Below are positions 40,863 through 50,449 of a stretch of DNA of 64,000 nt, piece after piece. The position numbers were made by a program, and so were the translations under genes. The notes beneath the pieces were generated by a model. That model worked only from the letters and a program-made list of their open reading frames with translations. It was not told the DNA's origin and made no database searches. Each line of letters begins with the position of its first letter. Positions within the stretch are counted from its first letter, which is position 1. The DNA comes from an uncultured virus (IMG/VR IMGVR_UViG_3300032132_000753) (Duplodnaviria > Heunggongvirae > Uroviricota > Caudoviricetes): the IMG/VR virus record IMGVR_UViG_3300032132_000753. One strand, 5' to 3'.

Positions 40863-41593
40863 TAAATTGTAACCTCTACATTAACTAAAAGTTTTTTAAA
40901 CGTAGAATCGCCAGAACCAGAAGCCAAAGTAATTCGTACTCCCCAGGTAACAGCAGCACCAATTGCCACAGCCAGATCACGCCGAGAATTAGTCAAAGTC
41001 GATGTGGCTAAATTAAGAGTCCCAAGAATTGCAGGAGATCCAGCAGGGTCACTAATTACTTCAACATCATATGAACGAGCAGCATCTAATTCATCTACTG
41101 AAACAGAAATACCCAACAAGGTACCAGCGGCAGTTAAAAGATGGCCTACTTGATTAGAATTAACTTTGTTAGACGCAAATAAATATTGAACGCCGCCTCC
41201 ACCTGGCACTCCTTTATCATGTCCAAAAGTGAACATGAAGTGAGAAACAACTGGGCCAGTGGGTCCAGTCGGGCCAGTGGCACCAACGCTAGAAGGTCCA
41301 GTTGGCCCAGTCGACCCAACTCCTGTAGCTCCATCAGCTCCTGTAGGCCCGGTTGGGCCAGTCGAACCCGCTCCTGTAGGCCCTGTCGCTCCTGTAGGCC
41401 CGCCGCCACCACCAGGCGCGGCTACCCAATCTGCATTTGTGAGGCCATCAGCAATATATAATCCTCCAGTGTCTACATCAAAGTAGAACTGCCCAGTGAT
41501 TCCGGGAGTTACAACACCGTTCGGGGCTCCAGATCCTGCCTGTGATCGAGCAATGTGTAAATCCGCGCCAACTAAATCTTTATGAAATGACAT
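40862..41593 (-). CDS. Short collagen-like fibre protein
   Basis: GSGAPNG...GQFYFD motif, GPT repeats, C-terminal domain shared with 42098. Confidence 0.72.
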   Translation of the reverse strand: MSFHKDLVGADLHIARSQAGSGAPNGVVTPGITGQFYFDVDTGGLYIADGLTNADWVAAPGGGGGPTGATGPTGAGSTGPTGPTGADGATGVGSTGPTGPSSVGATGPTGPTGPVVSHFMFTFGHDKGVPGGGGVQYLFASNKVNSNQVGHLLTAAGTLLGISVSVDELDAARSYDVEVISDPAGSPAILGTLNLATSTLTNSRRDLAVAIGAAVTWGVRITLASGSGDSTFKKLLVNVEVTI

Positions 41594-41630
41594 TTATTCG
41601 CCCAATTGCCAATATATATTTGGTAACAAA

Positions 41631-42098
41631 TCAACACCCCTTAAAAACAAGATTGCCATTATTATCAATCACAATTCGACAAGTTAAACAACTTGTTAAA
41701 ACATCATCTAAATTATTAGCACTACCAGCAGGACCAGTTGGGCCAGTAGCACCACCACCAGGGCCGGTAGGCCCAGTAGAACCAGTAGCCCCACCACCAG
41801 GGCCAGTTGGGCCAGTAGCGCCAATCGTCCCGACTGTGTTAATCCCCAGTTCACTATTTAAAGCGTTGATAACATCAATTATTTCTTCAGTTCCGAGGAA
41901 CATGATAAGAGTTGATCCATCGGTACCGTAAAAATCGTCTGTTAAGAAATTTAATAAATCATTAGAATCTCTGGCTTCAGCAATGATTTCTCGATTGTCT
42001 AAGGTCTCAAAACCTCCATTGCCAGGAATGATAATGCCAAGATCTCTAATAAGAACTTCAGTAGTACGCAAATTATTAGAATAGATTTCGATCGCCAT
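41631..42098 (-). CDS. Short collagen-like protein
   Basis: GATGPTGP repeats. Confidence 0.68.
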   Translation of the reverse strand: MAIEIYSNNLRTTEVLIRDLGIIIPGNGGFETLDNREIIAEARDSNDLLNFLTDDFYGTDGSTLIMFLGTEEIIDVINALNSELGINTVGTIGATGPTGPGGGATGSTGPTGPGGGATGPTGPAGSANNLDDVLTSCLTCRIVIDNNGNLVFKGC

Positions 42099-42937
42099 TA
42101 TCCAACCTGCACGATCACATTAATGTCTCTAAAAGTGGAAGAACCACCACCAGCAGTTCTTATAATTCTAGCGCCAATTTCTGTCGGCGCTGTAATAAAA
42201 ACAGCCAAGTCGTTACGACCTTCACTAGAAAATCCAGCAGGCAAATCCAAAGTTGCCACTACTGTAGTTGGACCGGAAACGCCAGATGGGTCAGTAACCA
42301 CCTGTACTTGAAAATCACGAATAGCATCAATAGTATCTACACGAATTGAAATGCCTGTAACATTGATATCGGAAACAAGTCGATCACCCGCCGACGAACA
42401 AGCAAACCCGCTTCCAGTTTCTAAATATCTAAGACCGCCCCCTGGAATACCAGAAGATGCAGTATATCGGAAGGAACCGCCGAACCCGTCTGTTCCAGGA
42501 CCAGTCGAGGAAATGCTAAGAACATCCCAATTATCGTCTTCGCCATGAAGAATTATTGCGGAATCTGCTACGGAAATTGTAGCTAGAAGAATGCCGTTTT
42601 GGTCTTCTACAGATAATTCGCCATTGGCCGGAAGACCAGCTTGCCCACTGTTTTTGAAAAAGTAAAAACGGCCATCTTCAGCGTCATTCGTCGCTATTAA
42701 TCCGCTTGGCATTCGAATAGTGGCGGCAGTAGCTTGGAAAGTTTCTACAAATACAGGACTTTCCTGCAATAATTGAATGGTACGACCTGCTGTTGATGGG
42801 ACGGTGCGAAACACACCTGATTCACCTGGCGCGTATGGGCCAGTTGGTGCAATAATGAATTCTGATTCAATTAGCGGCTCATACTCGCCAGCAAAGCCTG
42901 CTTTAGCTGCTACAGTTTCAAAGAAGTCTTTTCCCAT
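42098..42937 (-). CDS. Putative virion/fibre protein
   Basis: C-terminal domain paralogous to 40862..41593. Confidence 0.62.
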   Translation of the reverse strand: MGKDFFETVAAKAGFAGEYEPLIESEFIIAPTGPYAPGESGVFRTVPSTAGRTIQLLQESPVFVETFQATAATIRMPSGLIATNDAEDGRFYFFKNSGQAGLPANGELSVEDQNGILLATISVADSAIILHGEDDNWDVLSISSTGPGTDGFGGSFRYTASSGIPGGGLRYLETGSGFACSSAGDRLVSDINVTGISIRVDTIDAIRDFQVQVVTDPSGVSGPTTVVATLDLPAGFSSEGRNDLAVFITAPTEIGARIIRTAGGGSSTFRDINVIVQVG

Positions 42938-42956
42938 AGCGTATTTTTACGCTATG
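42935..42956 (-). promoter_or_regulatory. Perfect 9-bp hairpin sequestering the start codon
   Basis: Minus strand CATAGCGTA-AAAA-TACGCTATG ends on the ATG of 42098..42937. Confidence 0.55.
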
Positions 42957-42958
42957 AC

Positions 42959-43138
42959 TTAAAAGTCTTTTAATTCTTGCTCAAGTTCCGTAGACAGCTT
43001 ATCTACGTTACTTTGTCTTTTGGCGTTTTGAGCTTTAAGCTGTTTGATCTGTTCAATTTGCTGTAAAAGCTCCTTCTCCTTATTTACTAAATAGGCAGAT
43101 TGAGCTTTTAATTTTTTATAGACTTCGTTAGCATCCAT
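42959..43138 (-). CDS. Small coiled-coil protein (59 aa)
   Basis: Read by hand: MDANEVYKKIKAQ...ELKDF; GGAG RBS. Confidence 0.65.
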   Translation of the reverse strand: MDANEVYKKLKAQSAYLVNKEKELLQQIEQIKQLKAQNAKRQSNVDKLSTELEQELKDF

Positions 43139-43150
43139 TTTAATCTCCTA

Positions 43151-43849
43151 TTAGTCAGCAACGCCGACCAAGATTACACGACCAGCAAAGTCTGTTCCAT
43201 TACCCTTTTTGGACAATGTAACGTTACCATTTACTGGATTAACCTCGACTGGAATACCAACTTGTGCGTTATCTGAATCTCGGAAAACCTGTACAAGATA
43301 AGAACTGGCAATGGCGCATGCGTGAGGGCCGATTTCGCCAGCGCCTGGGACACCAGTTTGGACAATAACGATTTCGTTGTTGTTAGTGCCAGCATCCCAA
43401 TCAACAGCCGCGAAAGTAGAGCGGTGAACACAAGCAGCAGTTGGAATAGTAAGTTGCTGAACATAAGCGCGCCAAGTGCCGCCGCTTTCGTGAACGAAGA
43501 TGTAGTCTTGAGCTGAATTAACAACTAAACTAGCGCCGCCGCCATTGATGTCAGTAGTAGCTGAAATAGTTAGACTATTAGTTGTAATGTCAGAATTTCG
43601 AACTGAAAGGAAGAAAAAACGACCTTCTTGTTCAATTCCTGTAATGTCAACTTCACGAGCACCACCTAAGGCACCAGAAGAAATCAAGTTTACAGGAGCG
43701 TCAATTTGTAGTAAAGACGCGGCGGTACCACCACTAGCGGTAAGCAGCACATCCAAAACGTCTGTCTCTGCTGGACCCTGGGTAAGATCGAATACCTGAC
43801 CGGCGAATCCACCCTGACCGATAATCGCTTCGTAAAAAGTTTTAGCCAT
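43151..43849 (-). CDS. Putative virion protein
   Basis: GGAG RBS; C-terminal domain paralogous to 44222..44854. Confidence 0.65.
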   Translation of the reverse strand: MAKTFYEAIIGQGGFAGQVFDLTQGPAETDVLDVLLTASGGTAASLLQIDAPVNLISSGALGGAREVDITGIEQEGRFFFLSVRNSDITTNSLTISATTDINGGGASLVVNSAQDYIFVHESGGTWRAYVQQLTIPTAACVHRSTFAAVDWDAGTNNNEIVIVQTGVPGAGEIGPHACAIASSYLVQVFRDSDNAQVGIPVEVNPVNGNVTLSKKGNGTDFAGRVILVGVAD

Positions 43850-43901
43850 AACTTGCTCCCTGAGATGGTTACATGTTATATTTGGCTGAAAAAATTAGAA
43901 T

Positions 43902-44222
43902 TTAGTCTACAAACATCCACAAATTGCGAGCGTGTGCTAACGTAAGAGAAATATCATCTAAACATGTTTCAGGAATAGGTCTAGCTTTAAACTCAACGTC
44001 CTCGTTCATCAATTTAATAATTTCTATATTAAATTGACTATGATTATCTACGTATGTTTTAATCAATTCCATTTTCAATTTCTTAAAATCTGAAATATGG
44101 ATTTTCATCTCGTCTAAAATTTCACCAAGACGCACAGCAGCTTTAGCTGGAAGTTGAACACTAGTCAATTCAACTAGTTTGTTATATTGTTCGGCAATTT
44201 CAGCGCGTTTCATTTTAATCAT
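43902..44222 (-). CDS. Hypothetical helical protein
   Basis: 106 aa, translationally coupled. Confidence 0.6.
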   Translation of the reverse strand: MIKMKRAEIAEQYNKLVELTSVQLPAKAAVRLGEILDEMKIHISDFKKLKMELIKTYVDNHSQFNIEIIKLMNEDVEFKARPIPETCLDDISLTLAHARNLWMFVD

Positions 44223-44854
44223 TAACTAATAATTACTCTGCCATCAAAAGGTTTGGCCAAAGGCGCTTTCCGAAGTGTAAGAAGACCTGTATCGAAATTA
44301 ACTTCAAGTTCCGTATCAACCCCAATAACAACTGGAGACCCATCTTCGCGCCATACAGTAACGTGATAAATCCTGTTAATGCCACACCCATGAGGACCAA
44401 TCTGTCCAGGAGTAATAATTGGCCCAAGATTTGGGATTTCAATAGTATCTTTAGTAACTGCTGCCCAGTCCGCTTCAACAAATTGGAATTGTTTGGCTAA
44501 TCCAGCGGTAAGTTCCAAAATCGAAACACGCCGGTTTAAATCAGAACATTGAAGTAACCAATCAACCATATCACAAACGCACTGCGACACGATGTTTTCA
44601 TAAACTAATTGTGCTCTAGGACCACACAAAGTGACATCGAAAAGTCCACCGGAGGCAATATCAGGGTCTGGTCGAAACCCAAAAACATATTCAACGGTTA
44701 CACCATCTGAGAATGTGATAGTTCCGCCACCACCACGAATAAGAATATCTGTAACACGTACGCCTGGTTTTACAGGTAGTTCTGCGTTATTAAATCCACC
44801 AAAATATTTGGCAGTCGTAGAAAATTTGATGGCATCTTCCGGGCAAGGTTGCAT
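44222..44854 (-). CDS. Putative virion protein
   Basis: F...DW...GQIGPHGC C-terminal module. Confidence 0.62.
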   Translation of the reverse strand: MQPCPEDAIKFSTTAKYFGGFNNAELPVKPGVRVTDILIRGGGGTITFSDGVTVEYVFGFRPDPDIASGGLFDVTLCGPRAQLVYENIVSQCVCDMVDWLLQCSDLNRRVSILELTAGLAKQFQFVEADWAAVTKDTIEIPNLGPIITPGQIGPHGCGINRIYHVTVWREDGSPVVIGVDTELEVNFDTGLLTLRKAPLAKPFDGRVIIS

Positions 44855-44869
44855 AACATTACTCCCGGA

Positions 44870-45244
44870 TTACTTACTAATGAGATCGATTAACGCAGTA
44901 ATTAGCTGCATTACCTCTCTGTTAGTAGCTGGACGCTCTTCCTCTTTAATCGGCTGTAAGCCTTGAACACCAACCTGTTTAAGGCCGTTGACTAGCTTAT
45001 TCACCCATTCCGGATTTTCAAAGTTTCCGATCTCTTTAGCTTTATCAAGAAACTCATTTTTAGCTTCTTGGGTAATTTTTACGCCGCCGTCATCATTATC
45101 ATCTATAATTTCAGTGGTTACAATTACTCTTTTTGCCTCGCTCAACACTTGAGGCTTACTACGAGATTTAAGTTTACGCAATTCGGAGACATATTCTCTT
45201 AATACGTCTGCATCAGATTCAAAATGTAGGTGATTTAATTTCAT
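44870..45244 (-). CDS. Hypothetical protein with MKLxxL..E N-terminus
   Basis: MKLNHLHFES...VLSEA. Confidence 0.6.
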   Translation of the reverse strand: MKLNHLHFESDADVLREYVSELRKLKSRSKPQVLSEAKRVIVTTEIIDDNDDGGVKITQEAKNEFLDKAKEIGNFENPEWVNKLVNGLKQVGVQGLQPIKEEERPATNREVMQLITALIDLISK

Positions 45245-45259
45245 CTTCTATATATTTAC

Positions 45260-48200
45260 CTAAGTAGTAGATGGGAACAAAATGAACGGAATGTCCAATT
45301 CTGGACGACCTATTTTACGTACAATGTCGTTAGCTTTAATCTTATTCAAGAGAATAGTTGACAAAGCTTCGTCTTTTACTAAGTTTGCAAATCCGCTAGT
45401 AGGGATTCCAAGGAATTCTTCTCCTGAACCACCTGGCAAACCATCATCTGGAAATTGAATTGCAGGCCACGCGATAGCAGGATGTCCCTCTCCAATGCTG
45501 ATGAATTGAGAAATACAAATCGTTGATTCGCTTTCACCACCGCCACAGCTAGTATCGGTACCAATTGACCTCTTAACTACGATATAATGGATTCCGCCCT
45601 CTTCAACTAACGCCCCGCAGCATGCGCCAATTCTCCAGCCACGCTCATACCATTGAACTTGCTTATAATGCATCTGGCAAGAGTTGCCTGGAATCAATTT
45701 TGAAAGAATCACAGAATCTGGGTTGCCAGCAAGGCCACCAGATGACACTTCACTATTCCAAACGCTGTTGGTAGGGACAGATGCAGAAAGCGGATCTCCT
45801 GAACCGTCACCGTTAACAGGAACCTTAAGCTCTGCAATTTCTACCAACCTTACATTGGCAGACCCTGCTGGAGTTTGTAATGTAGAAAGCAATGCGTAAA
45901 GCACTTGATTTTTAGTAGTTGGGTCTGTTGGAACTGAAACGCCAAAAGTAATGCCGAAAATGCCTTCAGAACCTTGTGCAGATAACAAAGCACTCTTTGC
46001 ACTGCCAGCTTCATAAACAGTTTTAATTGACAACAATCCAGTGGTACCATCAACTTTATCGATGTCTACACGCTTAATAGTTGTTCCAGAGCTAGGTGTT
46101 GTACCACGGTTGTTAGTGATATAATAAACGTCTTTGGTTGTTGGGTGAACTCTAACACCAAAGGCTTGTTCCTCAAGGTCTCTAAAGAGGGTTCTAGTGC
46201 CGCCAGGTAGAGCTACTTTGTAAAGCTTTGTACCTTCAATAGAGAAATACTCGAATTGGTTAAAGCTTGCATCTAATTCACCTTGGATCGTTGATACCAA
46301 AGGGCCAATATGTTTCACGCTAGTTGGTAATGTTGGTTGAGGATTAGATGGAGCGCTTGTATCTACGGAGTTTCCACCAGGGCTACTGCCTAATGAAACA
46401 ACTGGGCGATTGGCCGGGAAGACAGCCTGAATTCTTCTGTTTCCAGTGCCTAAGCCAGTACCATTGCCGAAACAACATCTCTGAGTTGTTACATCGTTTC
46501 TATATGCGTTACCGTTAGGGAAGAAAACAGCATCAGCGCCCTGAATCGTAAACCATTGTCCACCAAAATTGACAGTAAGATCATGAATGATGTTAGGGCC
46601 TACCTGGTTGAGTTTTCCAATTGTAATGGTAGCGGTAGGTGATTTTGGTAGCCCTGATGCAATTTTATAGTAAAGGTTTGTACCATCTTGATGCGCATCG
46701 ACGTGAGTAGTGTTATTAATTTGTCCGTTTTGGGCGAATACTGCGTAAACTTCTCCAGCAGGACCATCAGCAACATAAACAACACCGAAAGCATCCACAG
46801 CAACAGCGTCTCCAGCAACATTTCCGCTGCCTGGAGTAGTGTTAATAAGAAACGGGCCAGTCTTTAGATTTCCAAAGCCTTGTGCTCCTGTAATCCTAGT
46901 GATGAGCTGGTTTCCGTGGGTATTAATAGTAAAGAAATTGTTTCCGTTAAAGTCTACGCCAACCTTGTTGAATACATCAAAACCAGTATAATCACCAAAA
47001 TAGTTATCAATCCCAGAGTAAGCTAAACCAGGGCCGCTCTGAGTAGCAACTACACGCTTAATTTCGCCAATGAACTCAGGATCAGGCTCCGGAACTGGTG
47101 GGCTAGCTGGGGCTTCGAAATCATCTAGCAGAATTTCAGTTACAGCACCAGGCAATCCAACTTTGAGAACGACCTCACCAATATCGACGGTGCTAACAGG
47201 CATGTTCTGGAATTGAATCTCAATATCTGTAATGTTGTTGGCATCTGGCAAATTGTCGATTGGAAGTCCAAGCAGTTCTTGGATATATGTCAATCTAACA
47301 ATTCCATTAAGATTGCTGGCAATTTCAACTTGCTCAGAAGTTAATTTATTTGCAACATCAGCGACAGCAATGTTCTTACCGTTGATTACAGCTGGTGTAA
47401 ATTCTGGCGGAGGACTCAGAATTTTAATAGGAGCACTCAAATCAACATTTTGGAAACTTCCAGTTAATCCTGGGTCAGTTGTAACAAATGCCGAGTAGAA
47501 CTTATTGCCCATTTTGTCTGTGAAGATATATCGGAAACTCTGAATGACATCGGTACGCATTGTGATGCACATTCCGACAATACATGGGTCTTGAGGTGAT
47601 CCTGGCGCACCACGTTCAGTAGTTACGAAAGAAGAACTAGAAGCTTTAACGCTGGAAAAATCTTCCGGAGTGCTAACAGGAAGCTCCGGAACACCTCCGA
47701 CGACGATTGCCCCTCCATTGCTAGTATCTCCAGCTGGGATGATAAGAGGCGGTGGCGGTGGCGGAGGCGGTACAGGCTTCAAAGATGGCGGGCAATTAGC
47801 ATCAACCGCTTGACTAAAATAGTTTACAGGAACAGGGTTCTGAGGATCATTAATAACCCCAGTATTTGTATCATAATCAACAATCCTACGATCATTGAAT
47901 TGCGGAGGTGGCTCACATACAGGCAGCGCATGCAATTTGCCATAGGGCAATGCGCCTGTACTACCAGGTCCGAAATATGATTTGCTAGGTCTGGTGTAAT
48001 AAATAGTCGAAAGAGGAGCCGTTGGGGCTGGCGCAGGAGGCGTTGGAGGACTTGGAACAATAAGGCCGGTAGTTGGACTTACAACAGTGGTTGCCTGAGG
48101 ATCATAAGTATCAGGGACATCAATATCGACAGGGCGATAAACTGTTACGTCATTACCGCTAGTCTCATTTCTGATCTGCAGACCACGACTATTGCCGCCA

Positions 48201-50449
48201 CCAAATTCTTCAGGCACTGATTCAATATCGAAGAGCGGCGCTGAATTCATTTGGACAACCGAGATATTGCCACCAATGCCTTCACTGCCGCCTTGGGCGA
48301 GAATTAAACTTTCCCCAGAGTCTGGATTAGCTGCAATCCACGTTCTCATTGTCGATAGGTTGATAGGCTTGATAGTAATAGAGAAATTGCTGTTAGGATC
48401 TAATTCACCAAGAGCAAATCCAGCCGAATCACCATCAATAGTCATAGAAACCATGAAATTGCCAGGAGACGTCTGGATTACACTAGTGCCAGAATCATTA
48501 GCCCTTAAAGAAACTGGATATGTATTGTTAGTAATTTCAATTTCTAATTGAATATTAGCTTGTTGATCGTTGCCAATCGCTGCAGGCTCACCAGCAACAA
48601 AGAATAGACTTAAACCATCAGAACCATCGTAAAAGAATACTGAAGCCTGATCTTTAAATAAATCTGGGCCAGAAATTAAGCTGATTTCTTCTGGAGTAGC
48701 ACCTAAATTATCCTGGGCTGAAATTCCACCAGCAAATGATGGTATCCTGCCGACAAGATTATTAAATGATACATCGTTGCGATAAACAAAGGTTAATCCG
48801 ACTGCGGATTCCAAGTCTGTAGCAGTTCCCAAAGTGTCCTGGTTGACAACACGAATGATTACTTTACCGTCGTTGTTTTCTATAAACCCGTCAGGATCCG
48901 CTAACCAAACCGAAATATCACCTCCATCATGTTCGAAAGTAATTGTCTGGCCAAGATATGCGTTACGACCAGCAGCCTCTGTTTCGAAAGTTCCAAGATT
49001 AGGGAAAAACGAAGTATCTGTGGTAACAGAACGTACAGAACCGGCTTCGGTGATTTTTCGGTGTAATACTGCAGCCCTACCAGAGAACGAGTTGGAAATC
49101 GAACTAGTGTTAAAATTGGCGCAGCATTCAATGACTTCGGCTTGATAACTACCGGCTGGCAGATAATAAGATAAAGATTGCGCCGCGTTATTATCACGAG
49201 GATCTTTAATATGGATTTTAGAATCTAAGCAGAATGTTACGCCACCTGAAAATGGTATGATTGAATCCGCTGGAGTTGCCGGGATGGGGCAGTCTTTATG
49301 ACCGTCTAAGTCGAGACCTTTTCTGTTCTCTTCTCCATCAATTAGAAGACTGAAATCAGCTTGGGCAGCCTGGATACGCTGCGTTTCAATATATTGACGT
49401 GTTCTCTCGTTGCGCTTTCTAGATTGGCAATTTTCCAAAGCACAACACAATGCAGCTTTTTGTTCATTAAACAGGCTAACCATAGTAGTTAGCCAAGCCC
49501 GCACAAGATCTTCTTTTTCTGTTTTAAGCTGATTGATACGCTCAACAAACCGATCGTGAATTTGACACAACATCGGTTCCATGTTTAAATGGTGAATAGA
49601 ACTTGCACATACTCTACAAATCAACGCGCAATCGCCACCAGAATTGATCTGTTGGTTCTTGATAAGTTTTCCACCAGCGATGGTGTTTAGAGCAACGATT
49701 AAAGGGCTCTGGAAGTTTGTTGGGGCAACTAATGATGGGCAAGCGTCAGGATTACCAACATTAGCACGCTTGACAACCAAATAATTTTCAGTATCAGAAA
49801 CTTCCTCAGAGGTTATTTCTACAATAGCTCTGTTACTATCCGGATTAATCATCTCGAAAGCAATATTTTCGGTAGTTAAAGACCCTCCGAATGGACTATT
49901 GACTCCAGAAGCACCGGCAACACCGACAGGCCCAGTATCAAGTCTATCCTCCCCAGGCTCACCACGCTCTCCCTTAGCTCCCTGATCGCCTTCTAATTGA
50001 GTTTTCTTAAATCTGTTACGTTCTTCGATTTCAGCGATGATTCGAGCTAACGGGACCCTAAAATCGAAACCTGCTGTATTACGGTGAATTGACCATGGGT
50101 CAGAACGATCTTCGCCAGGTATAGATGGATTAACCAGATTTAGTTTACTGTTGATATCCAAAGATTCATCGAAAGAGTATAGGCCAACTGTTCCGGCTTT
50201 GAAAGTCGTATTGCATTCTTCGCCACGAATAGTGGACTGCGGAGGCGGGATCAACAGGTCTTGTAGCTTGTTGAAATCGTCCTTGGACATTAAGCCATCT
50301 GCTAGAGGCGTGGCCAATCCAAGGGAATCAACACCTGGCAATTTAGTCCAACAGTTAGAACCCGCGTTATAACCATAGAATACCCCCGAAACGAGTTCGA
50401 AGATCATGCCGTCTTCTGGATTTGGAGGGAATTTAACTAAACTACTCAT
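45260..50449 (-). CDS. Giant Cys-rich fibre/tail-associated protein (1729 aa)
   Basis: FPPNPEDG start, ATPLADGLMSKDDFNKL fibre motif, short collagen, coiled coil, Pro-rich linkers, propeller-like region. Confidence 0.7.
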   Translation of the reverse strand: MSSLVKFPPNPEDGMIFELVSGVFYGYNAGSNCWTKLPGVDSLGLATPLADGLMSKDDFNKLQDLLIPPPQSTIRGEECNTTFKAGTVGLYSFDESLDINSKLNLVNPSIPGEDRSDPWSIHRNTAGFDFRVPLARIIAEIEERNRFKKTQLEGDQGAKGERGEPGEDRLDTGPVGVAGASGVNSPFGGSLTTENIAFEMINPDSNRAIVEITSEEVSDTENYLVVKRANVGNPDACPSLVAPTNFQSPLIVALNTIAGGKLIKNQQINSGGDCALICRVCASSIHHLNMEPMLCQIHDRFVERINQLKTEKEDLVRAWLTTMVSLFNEQKAALCCALENCQSRKRNERTRQYIETQRIQAAQADFSLLIDGEENRKGLDLDGHKDCPIPATPADSIIPFSGGVTFCLDSKIHIKDPRDNNAAQSLSYYLPAGSYQAEVIECCANFNTSSISNSFSGRAAVLHRKITEAGSVRSVTTDTSFFPNLGTFETEAAGRNAYLGQTITFEHDGGDISVWLADPDGFIENNDGKVIIRVVNQDTLGTATDLESAVGLTFVYRNDVSFNNLVGRIPSFAGGISAQDNLGATPEEISLISGPDLFKDQASVFFYDGSDGLSLFFVAGEPAAIGNDQQANIQLEIEITNNTYPVSLRANDSGTSVIQTSPGNFMVSMTIDGDSAGFALGELDPNSNFSITIKPINLSTMRTWIAANPDSGESLILAQGGSEGIGGNISVVQMNSAPLFDIESVPEEFGGGNSRGLQIRNETSGNDVTVYRPVDIDVPDTYDPQATTVVSPTTGLIVPSPPTPPAPAPTAPLSTIYYTRPSKSYFGPGSTGALPYGKLHALPVCEPPPQFNDRRIVDYDTNTGVINDPQNPVPVNYFSQAVDANCPPSLKPVPPPPPPPPLIIPAGDTSNGGAIVVGGVPELPVSTPEDFSSVKASSSSFVTTERGAPGSPQDPCIVGMCITMRTDVIQSFRYIFTDKMGNKFYSAFVTTDPGLTGSFQNVDLSAPIKILSPPPEFTPAVINGKNIAVADVANKLTSEQVEIASNLNGIVRLTYIQELLGLPIDNLPDANNITDIEIQFQNMPVSTVDIGEVVLKVGLPGAVTEILLDDFEAPASPPVPEPDPEFIGEIKRVVATQSGPGLAYSGIDNYFGDYTGFDVFNKVGVDFNGNNFFTINTHGNQLITRITGAQGFGNLKTGPFLINTTPGSGNVAGDAVAVDAFGVVYVADGPAGEVYAVFAQNGQINNTTHVDAHQDGTNLYYKIASGLPKSPTATITIGKLNQVGPNIIHDLTVNFGGQWFTIQGADAVFFPNGNAYRNDVTTQRCCFGNGTGLGTGNRRIQAVFPANRPVVSLGSSPGGNSVDTSAPSNPQPTLPTSVKHIGPLVSTIQGELDASFNQFEYFSIEGTKLYKVALPGGTRTLFRDLEEQAFGVRVHPTTKDVYYITNNRGTTPSSGTTIKRVDIDKVDGTTGLLSIKTVYEAGSAKSALLSAQGSEGIFGITFGVSVPTDPTTKNQVLYALLSTLQTPAGSANVRLVEIAELKVPVNGDGSGDPLSASVPTNSVWNSEVSSGGLAGNPDSVILSKLIPGNSCQMHYKQVQWYERGWRIGACCGALVEEGGIHYIVVKRSIGTDTSCGGGESESTICISQFISIGEGHPAIAWPAIQFPDDGLPGGSGEEFLGIPTSGFANLVKDEALSTILLNKIKANDIVRKIGRPELDIPFILFPSTT

